This document shows, piece by piece, positions 36,210-49,905 of a stretch of DNA of 64,000 bases. The translations under genes and the position numbers were made by a program. Origin of the DNA: Sarea resinae (taxonomy: Eukaryota); assembly GCA_026026165.1 (NCBI GenBank), contig JAPEUD010000046.1, positions 124,001 through 188,000 of the forward strand, in the 5' to 3' direction. Numbering within the stretch: position 1 is the stretch's first letter; each line of letters begins with the position of its first letter. The notes beneath the pieces were generated by a model. The model ran no database searches, was not told the DNA's origin, and saw nothing but the letters and a program-made list of their open reading frames with translations.

Positions 36210-38351
36210 TCACACCTCCCCATTCCACGCCACCCTCCCCCCTGTCCCCCCACTCCCCGTCAACCCCACCGAGCCCGCCGCAGAAGCCAAAAACGCCTTC
36301 ATGGCCGCCGGCGCGAGCGCGAGCGATGCGTTGCGTGAGATGTGGTATGCGACTAGCCCGGTCACGTGGGGCGTGGCCATTGAGGTACCGCTTAGTCTGT
36401 TTGGTAGTGTATTAGTGTGTGTAGGGAGGGTAAGGGGGGGAGAAGAAGGGGGGGGGAGAGGGGGAAAACAAGAGGGCGGAGGGAGGGAGGGAAAGATAAG
36501 GAAGGGAGAGGAGAAATAAAGGAGGGAGATGGGGAAGAATTAAGGAGGAAGAGATAAGGGCCAGAGAGAAGAAAAGAAGAGAGAGAGAGAGAGAGAGAGG
36601 AATAGTTGTGTAGAGGAAACAAAAAAGGCTAAGAAAAGAGTCGTAGAAAGAGAGGAGAGCGGTAGAAAGAGGAGGAGCGGAGACGTAGAGGTAGAGAGGA
36701 GAGGAGAAAGACTAGAATTAGTCAAAGGTTAAGAGCGAGGAAATGCGTGTGAATAGGTGTAGAAGAGAGACAAATAGAAGTAGAGGAAAAGGAGAAAAGA
36801 AGAGAAACAGCTATGCAGGAAAGGGGGAAAAAAAGAAAATTTACAGAAAATACAGAATGAACGAGTCTGAAATTCTGTTAAAGAGTGTGTAGAAAAGTAG
36901 TAGAAGCGAGAAAGAGGGGGAAGAAGAGAGAAGAGAGAGCAGAAAGAAGAAGGTGCAAAGGGACAGACAAGTATAGAGCAGAAAGACAAGTAGCTAGAGA
37001 GTGATACAGAAGAGAGTGTAAAAGTCGAGTCGTTGAAAGGAGCAGACTAGAAAGAGCGAGCAACAAAAGATGTGGCCTCGAGAATGGATTCCAAGAGACG
37101 GACTTACAACTTCACAACCTCCCCCCCCTCGCCAATCCACGAACTCAACACCCCCTCGCCCGGCGCATACACATCCACACAGTCGCCCCAGTTCGAAAAA
37201 CTCGACACCCGATCGTCCACGGCGCCAATACTGCCCACCGTGATGGCCGGCCCGCCCTCGCCGCCCGAACTGGCCGGCGACGCCGCACACGCATCGCGCC
37301 CCTCGTTGCCCGCCGCCGCGACGACGTGGATCCCCTCTTGCACGGCCGCCGCGATGGCCGACGCCAGTGCCGACGAGTTCGACGGGAGCGCCCACGAGAG
37401 GTTTGCCACCGAGCCCACAAAACCACTAGATGTGCCATTGGTGCTGCCGTTGCCGCTGCCGCCGCCGCTGCTGGTGCGGCGCGCCGCGTGTGCCTGGATC
37501 ACAAAGTCGAGCCCACGCAGGCAGTCGGCCGACGAGCCCGTGCCATCTGCATCGAGCACCTTGACGCCGATGACGTTGGCGCCAGACGCGACACCAAACA
37601 CGGACCCGGCCGCCGTGCCGGCGACGTGCGTGCCGTGCCCGTTTTCGTCCGAGTCCGGCGTCAGGTCAGCTGCGCCCTCGATCGAGAACCCCATTCTCGC
37701 CCGTGGTGACAGCGCCGCGTGCGTGGTTAGTAGGCCCGTATCGAGTGTGTAGATGTCTGCGCCGGCGCCGGGCTCGGCCGGTGAGGGTGTGTAGGTGTAG
37801 TTGAAGGTGGGGAGGGACGTGTTGAAGATCAAAGAGGAGAGGGAAGAGGGCTGCGAGAGACGCTGGAGGCCCCAGGGCGAGGACGGGCGCGTTGTAGATG
37901 TGGCCGTGTCTGGGTCCGATTCAGAAGACACGTCCGAGTTGGTGCTGACACGGACCACAGGCTCGACATGCTCAACTTCATCCATGGTGCTCAGGGACGC
38001 AAGCGTGTCCGCGGAGAGACTGCCCGAGAAGCCCCGGAAGCCGCTGTTGTTGTAGGTGTGTGAGATGGACGGGTGGGAAACGTGCAAACCAACACGCGAG
38101 AGGATGTGGCCGACGTCTGCCCCGACTCTGGCATGTGTCGGGGAGGCGGCATGCGAGGAGCGCGAGAGCAGCACGACGTATTGAGGTGCGGTAGTGCTCT
38201 CCGCGTCCGAGGAGGTTGCCTTGATGCCGGCCTTGTCTCGGGCCAGATGTGGATGCTGAAAGCCCCTAATGGAGTTCGAGTGCGCTGGAAAGGCCAGGAC
38301 CTGTGCACCAGCCCAAAGAAAAACGAAGATCAACGATTTAGAGAGTCTCAT
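36210..38351 (-). CDS. Subtilisin-like S8A (proteinase K-like) serine protease with I9 propeptide, 2 exons
   Basis: Signal MRLSKSLIFVFLWAGAQVLA; propeptide GFRGFSG..VEHVE; triad YTLDTG (D), NGHGTHVAG (H), AAGN oxyanion motif; exon 2 (36396-36210) supplies LSGTSMATPHVTGLVAY (S) after intron 37107-36397. Confidence 0.9.
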
Positions 38352-39214
38352 GATGGATCCTGTAGAGGCAAGCTGGCCGGAAAAAGGGTACTTGAAAGGA
38401 AATAAGCAGATCAACGCAATCAATGCATTTTACAAGCCCACGAAAATCCCGCCGTCTATCCCGTAGAAACAAAGAAATTATAAGAAAATAGTCTGGATAT
38501 GTGCCGGCACATGATCCAATGAGCGTCGAAGAAGAGAACAGAAGAGCGAGCGTATTGCTTGTAGAAACACAATTTAGACCTGAACGGGGCAGTCATGATT
38601 ATATATGCGCCACACATGAAGAGACAGCAGAGAGAAACAGACGAAACAAGTGCAGGACACGTTTCATGGTAAAGTCAAGGAGAGAGAGAGAGGCGCTGCT
38701 GGGCCGGGTTCGAGGGTCGTGAATCGGGTTTCACCACTTTGACGCGTGGCCCCGATATCGACCGTGAGAAGATCAGAGGAGAGATCTGGAGATACTTCTG
38801 GATGTGGAACACTGCATCTATGAATAAACGGGCTGGATCGTCGACGAGGATCCCGGATACCTTGTACCATGTTGCGCGTCAAGAAGCGCCGGCTTGTTGA
38901 TTGGGTAGGGATGTATCGCACTTGTTTCGGTTTCGCATCTCTGGCCAACTGCGGGCTACGGGTGCACCGCACCATCACCAAGAACAATCCAGAAAGAATC
39001 TCGTTCCGATCATATGAAAGTATTCTATACGAATTTGTCAAGAGTGGTAGGCTTGACCGCAAAGACTTATTCTAACCAACAAACGAAAAGCAGAAATACC
39101 GAGAAAGAACCAGAGATATCAAAAGACGGGCGCCAGACGCACTCACAAAGGAAATGCTATAGTGCCCTGGTTCCCCCGTTCATCAGGTCGTTAGCTGCTG
39201 GACCTCGCTCCACA

Positions 39215-42200
39215 TCACCAATCCATCGCTTCGACTTCTGTAGCTTGGCCGGCGGGCTCGGGCATGGCATTAACTTTCTGCTGAGCTGGATGCGAAGCTC
39301 CGGTATCTCGGCCGGCTTTCTTAGGCTGCACCTGCTTCGGAGATACACTATTCATCCATCCCTTGTTTTCGGCTTTTGCTGCATTTCCGTGGGTCTGCCA
39401 TGTTGCTTGCTCTTGCGGAGCGACGATGCCTTTCTGTTGCCTGACGTTGGCACCGTCCTTGGCCCACGCTGGCTTTATGCTCTTCCCCGGGCTGGCAGAT
39501 TGACTTCCTTGGGCTGTTGGTGCCCGGCTCTGGGTCTGCGTCTGGCTGGGTGGACGATTCTGAGCTTGGGTGTTGTCGTTTGGCATGTCCCACCCGAGTG
39601 TCTTTTGATCCGTGTCCGAACCGTTTCTGACCGTACTCAGGCTGCCGTCGCTGCTAGAGTCTGATCGGTTGTCCGTCTGGAATGGCTCTGTGCCAAGGTT
39701 CATTCTTGAAGCCTGCTGACATTAGCGCTTCTCTTTGAAATACACTACTAATGGCGTACCTTTTCGCGCATCAGCTCTTCTATGATTTCCTCCTTTGAAA
39801 GAGTACTCAGTCGGATCTTTTCATCCTCTGGATCTTCTGCGATAGAACAGCCGAACAACTGCTCCAACGCCTCTGAAAAGGGATCAGCAAGTTCCATACT
39901 CCTCGTGGCTAACCATACCTTTAGAGCGATACCTGAATCGAAATACCGCATAAGGCTGTTCATGAGAGTCCATATATGTTGGACGATGCATTTTGTGCGA
40001 ATATAGCACTGGTGTGCCGGCGCGTATCTGATGCGAAGTAGACCTACTCTGAACTTCTCCTTCCGGTATTTTGTCTGAATTCTTGGATGTCATGGACCAT
40101 GAGGGTGCTGACTGACCGACTCTAGGACCTAGAGCTGGACTCGAGCGGCGGCCGGACTTTTTCGATCTGCGTGAAGATTTCTTAACTGACACTAACTGCC
40201 TCGATTCGGGATGATTAGGAGACGATTCCCATGGATCGTCACCGGCGCCCACTGCCTTCCGGGCTTCGCAATTGCCTGCAGCAGAGTTGTTAGGATGCTG
40301 ATCTGAGTTGTCCCATCCATCAGGCCCCTTCTGATGTCCTTCCCAATTATCCGTGTCAGGCTCGTTGTTTTGGGCTGGCTCAGTCATGGTGGCCCAGTCA
40401 TCAGCTCCCTGCTGCTCCTCTTGCCAATTTCCGTCTCTATCAGTACCTTGTGGCGCTTGGGTGTTACTGTTGTCCCACGCCGCATTTTCTGGCTCCTTTG
40501 TTTTGTCTTGCCAATTCAAGTCGTCTCCATTATATGACGTTGGTGGAGAACCTTGCACATCCTCCGAAGGTCCACCACTCCAGTCATTACCTTCTTTTGC
40601 TAGGCCACTGCCACCTGACACGATTATATCACCCTGCGAACTTGCAATCCACTCATTGGTCTGTACAGGAGCTGGGCTGTGTTGCTTCTCTGACATCCAA
40701 CTGCTATTCACTTGAGTGTCCTGAGGAGGCGCCTGGTTGCTAGATTGGACCCAGGCTCCCGGAACCTTTGGAGATTGTCGAGGCTGAGGGATATCTAGAA
40801 TTCTCGCCACAGGAGGCTCTTGAATGCTAGCCTGAACCCAGGCGCCAGGAACTTTAGGTGAATGTTGCACCGGCGCGGAATTTCCGGGATGAGGATCTTG
40901 CACATGAACAATTCGTGGGGGTCCGCGTGCCCAATGAACGCTGCGTCTGCTCTCTGCAATGGAATTTGTCTCTAATTTTTCGGACGCTTTGTCACTGCTC
41001 CTCGAGCTGGTTTGGCTGTACTGAGATAGATTCTCAGGCTCCCAAGTTTCACCTGGCCGAGCAAAATAAGTCGTCCCAGACCCGCGAGTGGCATGCGTAG
41101 TCTCTGTGAGACCACTACCAGGATAGAACTGATCCCTTCGATAACCTTCTGAAGCTGACGGTGTTGATTGGCCGTAGTGAGCGGTATACTGTGAGGGATT
41201 ATTCTGGGAAGCACCGTACCACCCAAATCCAGAGCTTCGTTGGTGTGGCGAATGGAATGGCTTGAATTCAGATTCGGTGGGATCTGGTTCTAGAGACTCC
41301 GTTCTTTTCTGCTTTCTGGGCTTCTTCTTTGCAGGAGCGTTGACTTGGATGACGATAGAAGGACTAGCTGACGGGTTCTGCGGATCGTTGTCTGTACTTA
41401 TTCGAAGTCCTCTATTCCCAGAAGAGTCTTTCAAATCTCTTGGAGGCCTCGGAGCTTGAGGACGGCTCGAATCCAATCCATCGCGGTTTTTTATTCCCCT
41501 TGAGCGGCCCCAGTCTTGGGAGTAGTGCTCAAATGAGTCTTGTTCTGAAGGCTGCCGTCTTCCAGGGCCTGCGGAAGAGCTGCCCACAGGATGGTACACT
41601 CCGGTGTCTCTGCCAATCATGCTGTATGTCCATTTACGGTGTCCGTTCTGGTCGCGTTCAAATCTGTCATCGTCACGACTACCATCTCCGCCAAAGATTC
41701 CGCCCAGATCTCCAACCCCTTCGAATACATCATCCATGTTGCTGCTTAGCATCGGAGAAGAAACCGCAGCGGCTTCAGGTTCAACCGGCTGTTTCTTTGA
41801 GACTGTAGAATTCTTAGCAGGACTCCCCATGAAAATCTTGAAAAGATATCTCCCTATACTTGGCGGTTTATTGAATGCTGCCGGCACTCTCTTCGAGACG
41901 TTTCCAGGAACGAATATGTATTTATCAGCACTAGCATCCTGATCGGTCCCATTGCTCGCTGTGTCGGGTCTTAGCCTTTCTCAGCTCGATTACAAGGTAC
42001 TCAAAGGGCATATTTACCTTCCGGCTCAGAGGTAAATTCTAGTGCCCTTGGACCTTTCTGGCATCGTAGGACCACCACGTCAATTGTTCCGAGCTGCTCG
42101 ATACTTCCGGGCTCCGCACTACTGAGATCGTGAGGGCCGTCCGTGACTAGACATTGCCATCAGCTACTTTGAAGAACAGGCGCTGAAGCAGTGGCCTACA

Positions 42201-42563
42201 AATGTCTTTGAATTTCTCAAACTTCCATTCCTTGCCCAGCCAGGTCCCGTCAGAATACCTCTCCTCCTTTTGCCGGACACAGAAGTCGACCTCATAACGA
42301 CTCTTGTCAACCTCCTGATGCAAACATTTCAGATCATAGCGGTTGCGATTGCATTGATACACCCCGTCCATGTAGACAAACATTGCTAGTCCTGGCGCAA
42401 TGTAGCCCGTCGAAGTGAGACGGATCTTGAAGGGTGTGGGGACAGGAGGGACAACGACGTAAGATTCAACATATCCGTCGCCGTACATTGTGCCGAGCTC
42501 CTTGAGTGGCTGGTCGGCAGTGGCCAACTCGATGTTGCACTTGATCTGCTTTAGAGTCGGCAT
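39215..42563 (-). CDS. Hypothetical protein with a DUF7918-like domain (from memory) interrupted by a long disordered, Trp-punctuated region; about 5 exons
   Basis: N-terminal MPTLKQIKCNIE..FKIRLTS.GYIAPGLAMFVYMDGVYQCNRNR, then LGTIDVVVLRC, long exon of about 41803-39917 ending RPTYMDSHEQPYAVFRFRYRSK, then EALEQLFG..LSKEEIIEELMREK and a last exon ending MDW*; canonical splice sites connect the frames. Confidence 0.7.
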
Positions 42564-43646
42564 GTCGAAATATGCAGTTGTACTGCTCGGCGAGATTATG
42601 GAGGTAATAGGAAAACTCAAGCTAAAGTAGTATTAATAGCTCAGCTTGGTTATAAGGCGAACTCAAGTGGGACGAGCGGATATTGACCGAGGCCAGAGTA
42701 GAAAGAAGAGATGTCATCAGTACCGTGAGTGTTAAGACGACAAGAGGTTGAGGTTAATGGATTGAGACGGACAAGTAAAGTGCATCAGTGTAAGTGAAAG
42801 TCAAAGACCTTGCGGCTTCACGTCTGATCCAGACAGTGATTCGTGATCACAACACCAGCAGTCGTGTTGTCCAAACAACCGCCATAATTTGTGATACTAC
42901 AGTGAATCTTCGCGTTCACGTTCGTGTTTGTGTTCGTAGAAAATGAGCCAAACTCCACAGCTACTTGAATTCATCAGAGGTTCTCCAGCAGATCGAGGAA
43001 GGTGGTTGTCAAGGTTGTTTTGCGGACGTCTGTGAATGGATAGTTGGGTGGGTTATACAATGACTTGCCTTCTACCATCAAATTGTCTCATCAAATGGAA
43101 ACAGTAGTATGCCCGATATGGATGCGCAGCTCGACAGCGCATTGTAGTCAATTACTATCGCAAAGGACCACCAGTCAGACTTCACCGCAACCCCACAATC
43201 GTCTCGAAGTACGACGGAGAATACGGTCGAGATCCGTCGTTTCCAAGTCTACAATCAAGCAATAAAGACGTAACAAATGAACAGTTCCAATGGAAGAGGT
43301 AATGGATTGAGCTAGACAGACAAGAGAAACTTCCAATCGAGAGCTAGATCGTGGGCCGTGTATGCCCTATCGGCCATCGATGCCCGCTTAATGTATTCAC
43401 ATAGAACACCACGCGGCTGGGATTCCCAACGAATAGAACGACACCTATCAACATCCAACGAAAAAGAAGTGGAAAGACGGACAGTGAGATGTAGCTCTGT
43501 AATCCCATATCAAGCAATGCTCGCCAAGTAGCATGATGCAATCAGAAGGCAGATCAAGAGGCGACAGGTATGCACGCAATATACACAATGCCGCAAAGGA
43601 GCTCAGAATGAAGCTATCATAAAGCTCTGTTCGTCATTACCCATGT

Positions 43647-46600
43647 CTAGAAACCAAAGGGGTTTTGTGGAGCTATGCAATTGTTAGCATGGATCAGCAG
43701 TCAGAGTTGAAGTTACTTACTAGCTTGCGAAAGATTGGCCCTTCGCCCAGTAGGCTGTGGTGTTAGTCTCTTCGCCTCCGCCGAGACTCCAAAACGGATC
43801 GGAGGAGCCGGGCCGGTCTTTTGTGGCCGCAATGGCTGGATCGTAGGTTGCTGTGGGATTGGAGGTACAGGTGGCGGCGGGGCCTGACCGAATGTCTGGC
43901 TCGCAAACGAACTAGGCCCAGTGCGCTGTGGCTGCAGAGCACCCGGTAGGAAATTGTTGACGGAGCCAGTTGGCTGAGCTTGCTGTGCCGGAGCCTGAGA
44001 AGCGAAAGGCGGCTGAAATCCTGTCGGCTGCGGTACCATGGATTGAAAGCCACCGGGTTGCTGTGGTGGAGGACTCTGGAAAGGACTTCCAGTGGGCTGA
44101 GGATTCATGAAAGACTGCGCTTGGAACCCAGTCGGTTGAGGTTGGAAGCCGGTCGGTTGAGGTTGCTGTTGCTGAGTCTGCCCAAATGCACTTTGCGGAG
44201 GCTGTTGTCCAAATCCAGTCGGTTGCGGGTTGATGCCATTGCTCATCTGACTAAACCCGGAGGGTTGTTGTCCGAAGCCTGTCACCTGGGCCGGCTGGAA
44301 CCTTTGCTGATTCAGTTCGTTTAAGCTCTGACCGGGAGGAGCAACATGTGGTTGAAATGCGCTTTGGTTTTGGTATCCCGTAAGCTGGGGCTGTATTGGC
44401 GGAGGCCCAAAGCCACTTTGTTGGGGGATATTCTGCGGCGCCGAGAGCGGCCTCGAAGGCGGCGGCGGAGGTGGCATCAAGGATCCTTGTGACGGCACAG
44501 AAGGAGGAGCTTGGGGCCGTTGTCGAGGAGGCATCGTCATCTGCTGCGGTGGCTGCTGCTGTGGTGGAGACTGCGGTAGGGCAAATCCGGTTGGTTGAGG
44601 AACAAAATTGGGCTGTGGACCTTGAGGCTGAGCGTTCTGCTGGAATTGGCCAGGACCCGACTGCTGTGGGCCTAATTGGGAAAAGAATGAAGGGTTGGCA
44701 CCCGTCACTTGAGGCTGCTGTGACATTTGTGGCGGCACGGCTTGGGTCGGAGGTACCTGCGGCTGGCCAGTGAGCTGGGGCGGGCTGGTGACTTGCGGTC
44801 CCGTAGGCTGAGCGACCGTTGGCTGTAGTGGGGTGGAGAGTAAAGAAAGCTCTTGAAGAGACCCCGTGAGAGCTGGCTGAGACGGTGGAGCTGGTGGGTT
44901 GCTCGGAGCGGCGGGTGCTGCTGGCTCCGTAGTGGGAGCAGGCTGCTGCCGATTTGGCTTGACATTCCATGCATCATCATCAAAACCGCCAGTAGGCTTC
45001 TTCGGGGCCGGCACAGACGTTAGGGGAGTGGCCCGAGAGTCAGAAAGCTCTGGTCTCTGGGAGCCTTCGCCAGTGCTCTTCTGTTCAAAGGCTTTGGCAT
45101 TCACAACGTCGTTGGTCTGGACAGCAGGAGCCGGACGACCTTTCCGGGTGTTATTCCTTAATGCTCCGCCAGGCCCAGAGAAAAGTCCCCCGCCCGCGCC
45201 ATTTGCGGCGCCGGTGCCGTCGTCACCCTCCTCGCCGTTGCCCATGACTTCTGCACCACCAAAACTGACGTTTCTCTTGGTTCGATTTGGTAGACGGCCA
45301 TACTTGTTGTCAAGGAACTTCATGACCCGAAGTATGTCACCTTCCTTGAGACCCAATGTTCTTAAAACGCTGGGAGAGATATCTGGTAGAACGGTCTCAT
45401 CCATCGAGTCCCTGGTGAAATTGGAAGCATATCTTTCGCAAAGGTTTGGGCCCACTCCGCACTTGAGAAAGAAATCAAACCAATCGTATTCAGGACCCTT
45501 GGAAGGTTCTACGGAGGCACCAGCATTGGCTCTTGTCGGTTGCGTGCTTCGTCGTCGAGCGTCCGACAAAGGCTTGTCGTCATCCAAGGAAACCCCAGTC
45601 ATTCGCTCGACGTACTCGAGGTCTGCCAACGACATCTTCGGCACCGGAACGGCGATCTTGACCCCGTTCAGCTTGTGCAGGTGTATTTTGCCATCCTTGA
45701 GTCCAATGAATTCAGCTTCAACCTTGAACGAGCCAGAACGGTCCGTCCAAGTTCGGGTCTTCGTGGCATCCGGTTCTGGATGTTGGATTAGCTAAGCTGA
45801 TGAGAAGGGGATCGGAGTAACCCACTTGGCTTTGAGGAGGAAGGGACGCTTCCGTTAGCTCTGCTTTCGCGCTTGCTACGCTGTGAGAAACGATTATTAT
45901 CATCATTTACTCGCATCAGGCTGCTCTCCCGCTTGGGCAGCTTCAGTCCCGGGCCTACCTCGGAAACCCTTGGATCACTGTCTCCACGCGCCCTTGACGA
46001 TCTTACGGCGTCCCTCGCGAGGCGTTCCTCTTCGAGTCTACTTTGCTCTACTAAAGATAGTCCGGCGTTGATGCCGCCTGTGCTCGAACTCGTCATTGGA
46101 AGGGTCCCCGTTACCTCGACGTAACTGCTCGGCACGACGCCTTCTTTTCCGTTTTTCAAGCGTCGGACCATCCACCATTCCTCGCTCTTCGTATCGTCAA
46201 TCACGATCACTTCATCTCCAATCCCGACGGTGACCTCATCCTCTCCTTGAGCCAAAAAGTCATAGAGAATCTGGCCCTTCTTCTGCAAGTTGCCGGAACC
46301 CACGGCGAGAACCTCTCTCAGACCTTCAGCTCTGGCCGCACCGGCGACTTCACCCAATGCCGAAACGATTTCGTTAGCAGTATCCTTGGCGCCTGCGTGG
46401 AAATCGATACTCCTGCTGGGTCTGACCAGCTCCATGAACACGTGCTTGCCCTCCAACGAATAGTGAGTGAGCTTTTCAGCCGTCCATTCCTGCTGAGGTC
46501 CATCTCGCGATTTCTCGGGGGAGATCATGATAGTGCCTGTTGCGATGTTGATGCCAAGAGTAGTGGGCAACTTCTTCTTCTTGCCCATCGCAGACATCAT

Positions 46601-47471
46601 CTCATTGATATTGTACAGATGATATCCACCACGGGCTGGAGCCAGGGCCGAGTCGGAGTCTTTTCGTGCCAGTCGATTGTAGGGCGGCGATTCCACAACA
46701 CCCGGAGAAATTGGTGAGAGTGCCTCTGCATGTTGCGTCCGAATCGGTGGCAACTGCTGAGACGGGGGCCTTTGAGGTAGGGAAGGTGCCGGGGGCGACG
46801 GAGGTTCTTCGTCAGATGCTTCCGGAGTATACTGAGGTCTCCGAGGCGCTCGCGGAGAGGCTATTGCGGGGGCTGTTGCGGATGCCGAGCTCTGGCGTTG
46901 AATGATGCCAGCTAAAGCGGCCGCAGGACTGGGATCCGGGCTGCCTCCCGAGCTAGGAGTAAGTGTCTGGGCCTCTTCCTCGGGGTGCTGCGGTCTTGAG
47001 GGCATTGCCGGATGAGGGGCCGGCGAGGCTTTTGCATCGGATATCTCGATGTAGTTTGAAGGCACAAAACCAAATTCACCATTGAGACCGACCAGCGTCC
47101 AGTCGGGATCCGAGGTATCGTAGACCGACAACGTCGCATCCTCGGTGAAGGACAGCTCCTCGTCTGTTTGTCGCGTATAGTCGTATAGTGCCTTGGCAAA
47201 GTGCGCTGGTTTGGCCTGCGAGCAAGTATTAGCTGAGGCCGTTGAAAGGTCGTCATCGCGGCTTGAGACTCACCTCCTCGACGTAGTTGTTCGGGATCAG
47301 ACCCATCGGCTCCTCGTCGTCGCCATCCCGAGCCTTCTTCTTCGCCTTCCACCAGTCGTCGTCGGCACTCTTCTCGATCACATAGAGAAGATCACCCTCT
47401 TGGATTTCCAGCTCATTCTCGCCCTGAGGAGCATAATCGTAGATGGCGGAGTAGATGCCTAGGAAGACCAT
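43647..47471 (-). CDS. SLA1: Actin cytoskeleton-regulatory/endocytic adaptor Sla1
   Basis: Three SH3 domains (AIYDY..WW, ALYDY..DPDW, ILYDF..EEWW), SHD1 (RTWTDRSGSFKVEAEF), SAM-like SHD2 (YDWFDFFLKCGV), many QPTG repeats, terminal PQNPFGF* exon. Confidence 0.95.
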
Positions 47472-49905
47472 CCTCGGCCACAGCTATTCGGCTACGCCTC
47501 GAGGTCGTAGCCCAGTGCTCGAAGAGCAGATGGATTGAGTCGCTACCACAAGGCAGCTACCGGGCGAACGAGAGCTTCGTGACTTGAAGCAGGGCGAAGC
47601 CGTGGCTGGATCGAGCTTCGCGTAATTAAGGAAGAGGCCGGATGGTAGGTGTTAGGCTCTACGTCAGCCTTTGAGACGACGTGGAACAGCGGATCTTCAG
47701 TCAGAGGATAGCACTGTGAAGTGGAGGCGAACAAATGTCGCTGCTATTGCAGTGCCATTCACTGACATGCGTAATTCGTGGGGTGGTGGTCGTGATGACG
47801 ATGTTGATGATGATGAAAGTGGTCGTCGTCGTGATGGGCATCAGTCGGAAGCAGCTCAGTTGCTACTACGGAGTACTGTCCGTGAACATGCCCTGTCCAC
47901 ACGTCCACACCGTCCACGGTTGTTGTTCCATTATTGGACATGAGTCGGAGGTACGTACCGAATTTGCTTCCCAGAGGCGAGATTCTCAGCCTCGTTGATT
48001 GGTCATGAGAGCGAGGTGCTCCTTTCCCAGTACCTCGGTACTTCGTACGTATCCGACATCCACGTCCACCGAAGATAGAGTAACGCAGTCGACTCAACTC
48101 AGAGTGATGGTTGATCATCTCCACCACGTCAATCTCGTGGCCACTGGCATCTGCGTGGCCATCATCGCAGACTCCCATGTTCGCTGCCTTTTCAATGCTC
48201 ACGTCGGCTGTATACCGCTGTCAGCTTGCTCTCGACAGTATTCATACGAGATGCGCAGACCTTCCCTCGGCCGAGGATCTCTCGATCACTCTTCTACCGC
48301 CTACTCGAGGACAACTGGCATGAGGCATAAGGCATAAGGCATGAGGCATGAGGTGGCGCTCTTACAGCTCATTGCGCGAGTAGAGCGGTTCAGGGCAGGT
48401 CCAGAGTCTGCTCTTGCTGCCAAGAAGACGTGCACTTGTTGCCGCAATCACAAGTATCTTGGACCCCGAATCTTGGCATGGATGGCTGCAATCCAATGAG
48501 TTGCGGTGACACGCGGCTCTTTATGTTCAACACTGCCCGTCAGGTGCTCGTGAAAGAGCGGCGGAGTCTGAGGAGATTCCTGTGTCATCCCGATGCTGTC
48601 CGGTTAAACCACCCGCTATACGCTGCCGTTTACATGTTGGGATGCGAGACGCTGGATTGCAATGCCATCCAACGCTACCAATGCCGTCAATACCATATGC
48701 AAGCGGCGAGCGATCTCTTGCTTGCCTGATGTCAATATCTGAGAACGATGGGGTCGTTGTCGGCGGACTGTAATTCTTGATCGTCGTATCTCTCTCATGG
48801 GTATTTATCTGACTTGATTTCGAGACTGGGCTAGACTGGCCGGCTGAATGCATGCCGTAGCGACTGAGTCTGCACAGGTCTTTGACTGAAGGAAATAGGC
48901 TATACGATGGGATGATAAGGTCATGTATTGGGAGTCATACACCTCACGAAACAAAACGCATCAATAATGTGATTATCATTGTATCTCGTTTGGTCTCAAC
49001 AGCCCAGCCCAGCTCAGCTCAATCGAACCACAAGACGCCGACGGTTCACTTTGGGCTCCTTCATATCTGATTCCCCGCGGCGCCAAGAGAGTTGATGTGC
49101 TGATTGAGTGCTTTCCGCTGCTACTGGGCCGAGGGTGCATTCATATTCTGGAAGGCTTCTAGACCCGAGGCGAGCATGCACTCTACTACATACCATAGTA
49201 GTAGGCCAGTAGGGAGTCGGGAGCGGCCTACTAACTGTAGACGGAATGACAGCACGAAATCGAGAGGGTGTGGCGGGTACGAAGTTATCTTCGCCAAGGC
49301 GCCGCCACCCGTTCCTCCCCACCCTGCCAAGATCATGTTGAAGGTACGAAGAGTCTACTCCGTATTGAGAGGTGGACCCTTGCGGGAGGATGGGGGAGGA
49401 TGGGAGGATGGGAGGATGGGGATAGATAGCCGGCTGCAGCTGAGAGCCTGAGAGCCTGAGAACCTGAGACCCCAGTCCATGGAAGACTCGCTGGAGCTCT
49501 TAGTCTTCGCTAACAATCAGACCTTCCTCATTGATTGTGACTCGGTGCAAGGGTCTCGATCTCCGTGACCTAGCACTTGGCACCCTCCTCCCTCGCCCTC
49601 ATCTACTCCGGAGTACTGCCCAGGGCTGATAACGGTTACACTGCATCCAATCAGTTCTCCCGGTAGTGGGGGAAGGATCTGCCAGGATGCCAGCATAGCT
49701 GAAGCGCAACAATGCTGGCTCACACAAAAAGGATCCAGAGGCCGCGTGAGGCCTTGTCCGATGGAATTTCGTATGAGCCATGTGTGATTGTCGATGTTCT
49801 GCCTACCTTACTCTTCGCTCTAGCCGACCATTTGAAATTTTCGAGGTTGTTGAGCTTGAAGCCATCTTGAAGCCTTGATCGCATTCGATCAATTCGGTCA
49901 AGGAG

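Noticed and set aside
32515..38351. Dikaritin/ustiloxin-type RiPP cluster suggested by the UstP-like S41 peptidase
   Set aside because: No DUF3328/UstYa oxidase, no signal-peptide precursor with Kex2-flanked core repeats and no tailoring enzymes were recognisable in the window
47500..49900. Short ORFs between SLA1 and the amino-acid permease
   Set aside because: They look like divergent promoter/UTR sequence with small repeats; no coding signal recognised
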